From Fidelibacterota bacterium (GTDB lineage: Bacteria; Fidelibacterota; Fidelibacteria; Fidelibacterales; DSDE01), in contig JBJKQR010000078.1 of NCBI GenBank assembly GCA_046735395.1, positions 19,726 through 83,725 on the forward strand: a stretch of DNA of 64,000 nt, given 5' to 3'. The translations under genes and the position numbers were made by a program. Of this stretch, positions 58,729-64,000 are shown one piece after another; position 1 is the first letter of the stretch; every line of letters begins with the position of its first letter. The notes beneath the pieces were generated by a model that was not told where the DNA came from, searched no databases, and saw only the letters and a program-made list of their open reading frames with translations.

Positions 58729-59552
58729 AAAAGCTGCATGTTCTGCTCCTGAGCTGCCTGATGTGGGCAATGCTGGCAGCGTCCGAACCGGGGGAGATTA
58801 TCTTTTCCGGGCCGTCCCGACCTGTACCGATCTCGGTTTCTGATCCGGATCTGCTGTATCAGTATATCCGGGCCAAATTTGACGTCAGAGAGTATGATGC
58901 GTGTCTAAATGCAGCGCTGGTCTTTCCCCTGCGTTTTCCCGCAGACGCGCGGACAAAACGGGTTGAAGTGGTTTTGCCTTACCTGTATGCGGAATGCGGC
59001 CGCTATGAGGAGGCGGATGCCTATCTGGGAAACCTGGAAAAGAAATTATCTCCGGATCTGGTTGCACGGTATCACTTGTTTCTGGCTTTTTGTCGCGGAG
59101 ATGTTTCGGAATTAACTCATTTCGAAAAAAAGAACAGGGATGAGCAGGCTGCATTCTATTTATTGCATCTGAATGTGCTGCATGGTGAGGATCGAAAAGC
59201 GAGAGGGCGGATCCGAGAATTGAAAAAAAAGGGCATTATAGATGAGGCTGAAGCAGACAGTATGCTCAGGGTGCTGGGACACAGAGATGAGATTTCAGAG
59301 GGAAATAAACCAAGAATCTTTTCACGACCGCTGCTTTCACTTGGTGTAATGGGGGGAATACAGCTTTTTTATTTTATATCACAGCCGCGTGAAATTCCTG
59401 CAATACACTATGGAATAAGCCTCCTGATCCTGGGTTTTGAGAAGCGAAAAAACACTAAGTTCAGAAATAACAAAATGCTGGAAAATCGTTATGAAGAATT
59501 CAGGAAAACAGCCCCCCCGGACTTCGAGAAACGGCTGCAAAAAATTCTATAA
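58725..59552 (+). CDS. Exported hypothetical helical (TPR-like) protein
   Basis: Signal peptide, ATGA overlap with the protease gene, helical repeat-like segments; no family recognised. Confidence 0.6.
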   Translation: MKKLHVLLLSCLMWAMLAASEPGEIIFSGPSRPVPISVSDPDLLYQYIRAKFDVREYDACLNAALVFPLRFPADARTKRVEVVLPYLYAECGRYEEADAYLGNLEKKLSPDLVARYHLFLAFCRGDVSELTHFEKKNRDEQAAFYLLHLNVLHGEDRKARGRIRELKKKGIIDEAEADSMLRVLGHRDEISEGNKPRIFSRPLLSLGVMGGIQLFYFISQPREIPAIHYGISLLILGFEKRKNTKFRNNKMLENRYEEFRKTAPPDFEKRLQKIL

Positions 59553-59570
59553 AAATATCATTAAAAGCAC

Positions 59571-59831
59571 TTGACATTGATGTCTGAAACAGGTAATCTT
59601 GCGGGCTTTTTGAAAAATAGGCGGGGAGAAAAACGAATCATTTGGCGTCTTGAGAGTTCATAAAAAAAAGATAAAAAAAAGTTTTTCCTGTTGACATTAA
59701 TCAAAATAAGCTTTATTCTTATAGGCTTTTTGAAAATGGCTGGGAGAAACGAAAAACGAGACAGAGAGTGAAGAGAAAGATGATAAAAAATTTGATTTTC
59801 ACTTGACATTGATTCGGATTCTTCTTAAGCT
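59571..59831 (+). promoter_or_regulatory. Three tandem rRNA promoters
   Basis: TTGACA-17-TAATCT (59571-59599), TTGACA-17-TATTCT (59691-59719) and TTGACA-17-TAAGCT (59803-59831), each preceded by A/T tracts. Confidence 0.8.
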
Positions 59832-59873
59832 TACAAGCTGTTTGAAATTTTGAAAACAGCGAGTTAACAACCG

Positions 59874-59901
59874 GCTCTTTGAAAAATTGGGTGTATGCTA
59901 A
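59874..59901 (+). promoter_or_regulatory. rrn leader boxA and 5' arm of the 16S processing stem
   Basis: GCTCTTTGAAAAATTGGGTG recurs in the ITS (GTTCTTTGAAAAATTGGGTG, about 61812). GGTGTATGCTAA pairs with TTAGCATACACC at about 61605-61616. Confidence 0.75.
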
Positions 59902-59997
59902 TACGTTGATTCAATGATGAGTTTTAGGTCTTGACAAAGATCAATTGATTAATGTCAGAACAAACAACGGATTAAACATATAATATAGAAATATATT

Positions 59998-61548
<1,551 letters not shown>

Positions 61549-61632
61549 CTAAGGAGTATCCCGAAGCGATTCGGGAGACGGTTAGGCTTCATTGATGAAA
61601 CAAGTTAGCATACACCTTTTTTATAGAGAGGC

Positions 61633-61706
<74 letters not shown>

Positions 61707-61710
61707 CTGA

Positions 61711-61786
61711 GGGGAATTAGCTCAGCTGGGAGAGCACCTGTTTTGCAAGCAGGGGGTCAGCGGTTCGATCCCGCTATTCTCCACCA
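61711..61786 (+). tRNA. tRNA-Ala(UGC), CCA encoded
   Basis: GGGGAATTAGCTCAG...CCTGT-TTTGCAA-GCAGG...TTCGATC...TTCTCCACCA. Confidence 0.97.
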
Positions 61787-61892
61787 TGGCTTCGAGCGAA
61801 GTCAGCAAAAGGTTCTTTGAAAAATTGGGTGAATAATTAATGCTATAGTTGTAATCAATCCGATCATACAGACTATGATGATAGGAATTTTT

Positions 61893-64000
<2,108 letters not shown>

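Overview
This is a 64 kb chromosomal window from a Gram-negative, probably anaerobic FCB-superphylum bacterium. That placement rests on T9SS C-terminal sorting domains, a PorV-like barrel, a GWxTD protein and DxNxNGxxDxGEP Ca-motifs; Fidelibacterota/Marinimicrobia-like is my inference and needs a 16S classifier. In order, the window holds: the end of thyA, then folA; larE-larB-larC plus an SDR; a divergent AraC regulator facing a corrinoid methyltransferase operon (UroD/MT2-like, corrinoid protein, MtaB, MetH-type reactivation domain, B12 radical SAM); a Phd-VapC toxin-antitoxin pair; a BMC vertex gene (EutN/CcmL), an ACT protein with an encapsulation-peptide-like extension, and DUF711; tig-clpP-clpX; a GWxTD protein; a 10 kb operon of TonB-dependent receptor, T9SS cargo, PorV-like barrel and second T9SS cargo; a frameshifted DUF523-DUF1722 gene; GT2; uxaE; a cell-wall recycling trio; an FAD/Fe-S oxidoreductase; tRNA-Lys; a multi-repeat T9SS protein; mutY; a homocysteine methyltransferase; an RRM protein; a RegB-like two-component/ACT unit; CNNM-LptF/G-ComFB; a VWA/LPP20 operon; an S8 protease; and an rRNA operon (16S, tRNA-Ile, tRNA-Ala, partial 23S). 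I found no CRISPR array, integrase or transposase. The best candidates for under-described biology are (i) the microcompartment-linked ACT/DUF711 module, (ii) the bacterial MtaB corrinoid module lacking a folate acceptor and RamA-type activator, and (iii) the SusD-less TBDR/T9SS/PorV-like surface operon. All calls come from motif recognition by eye; no database search was run.
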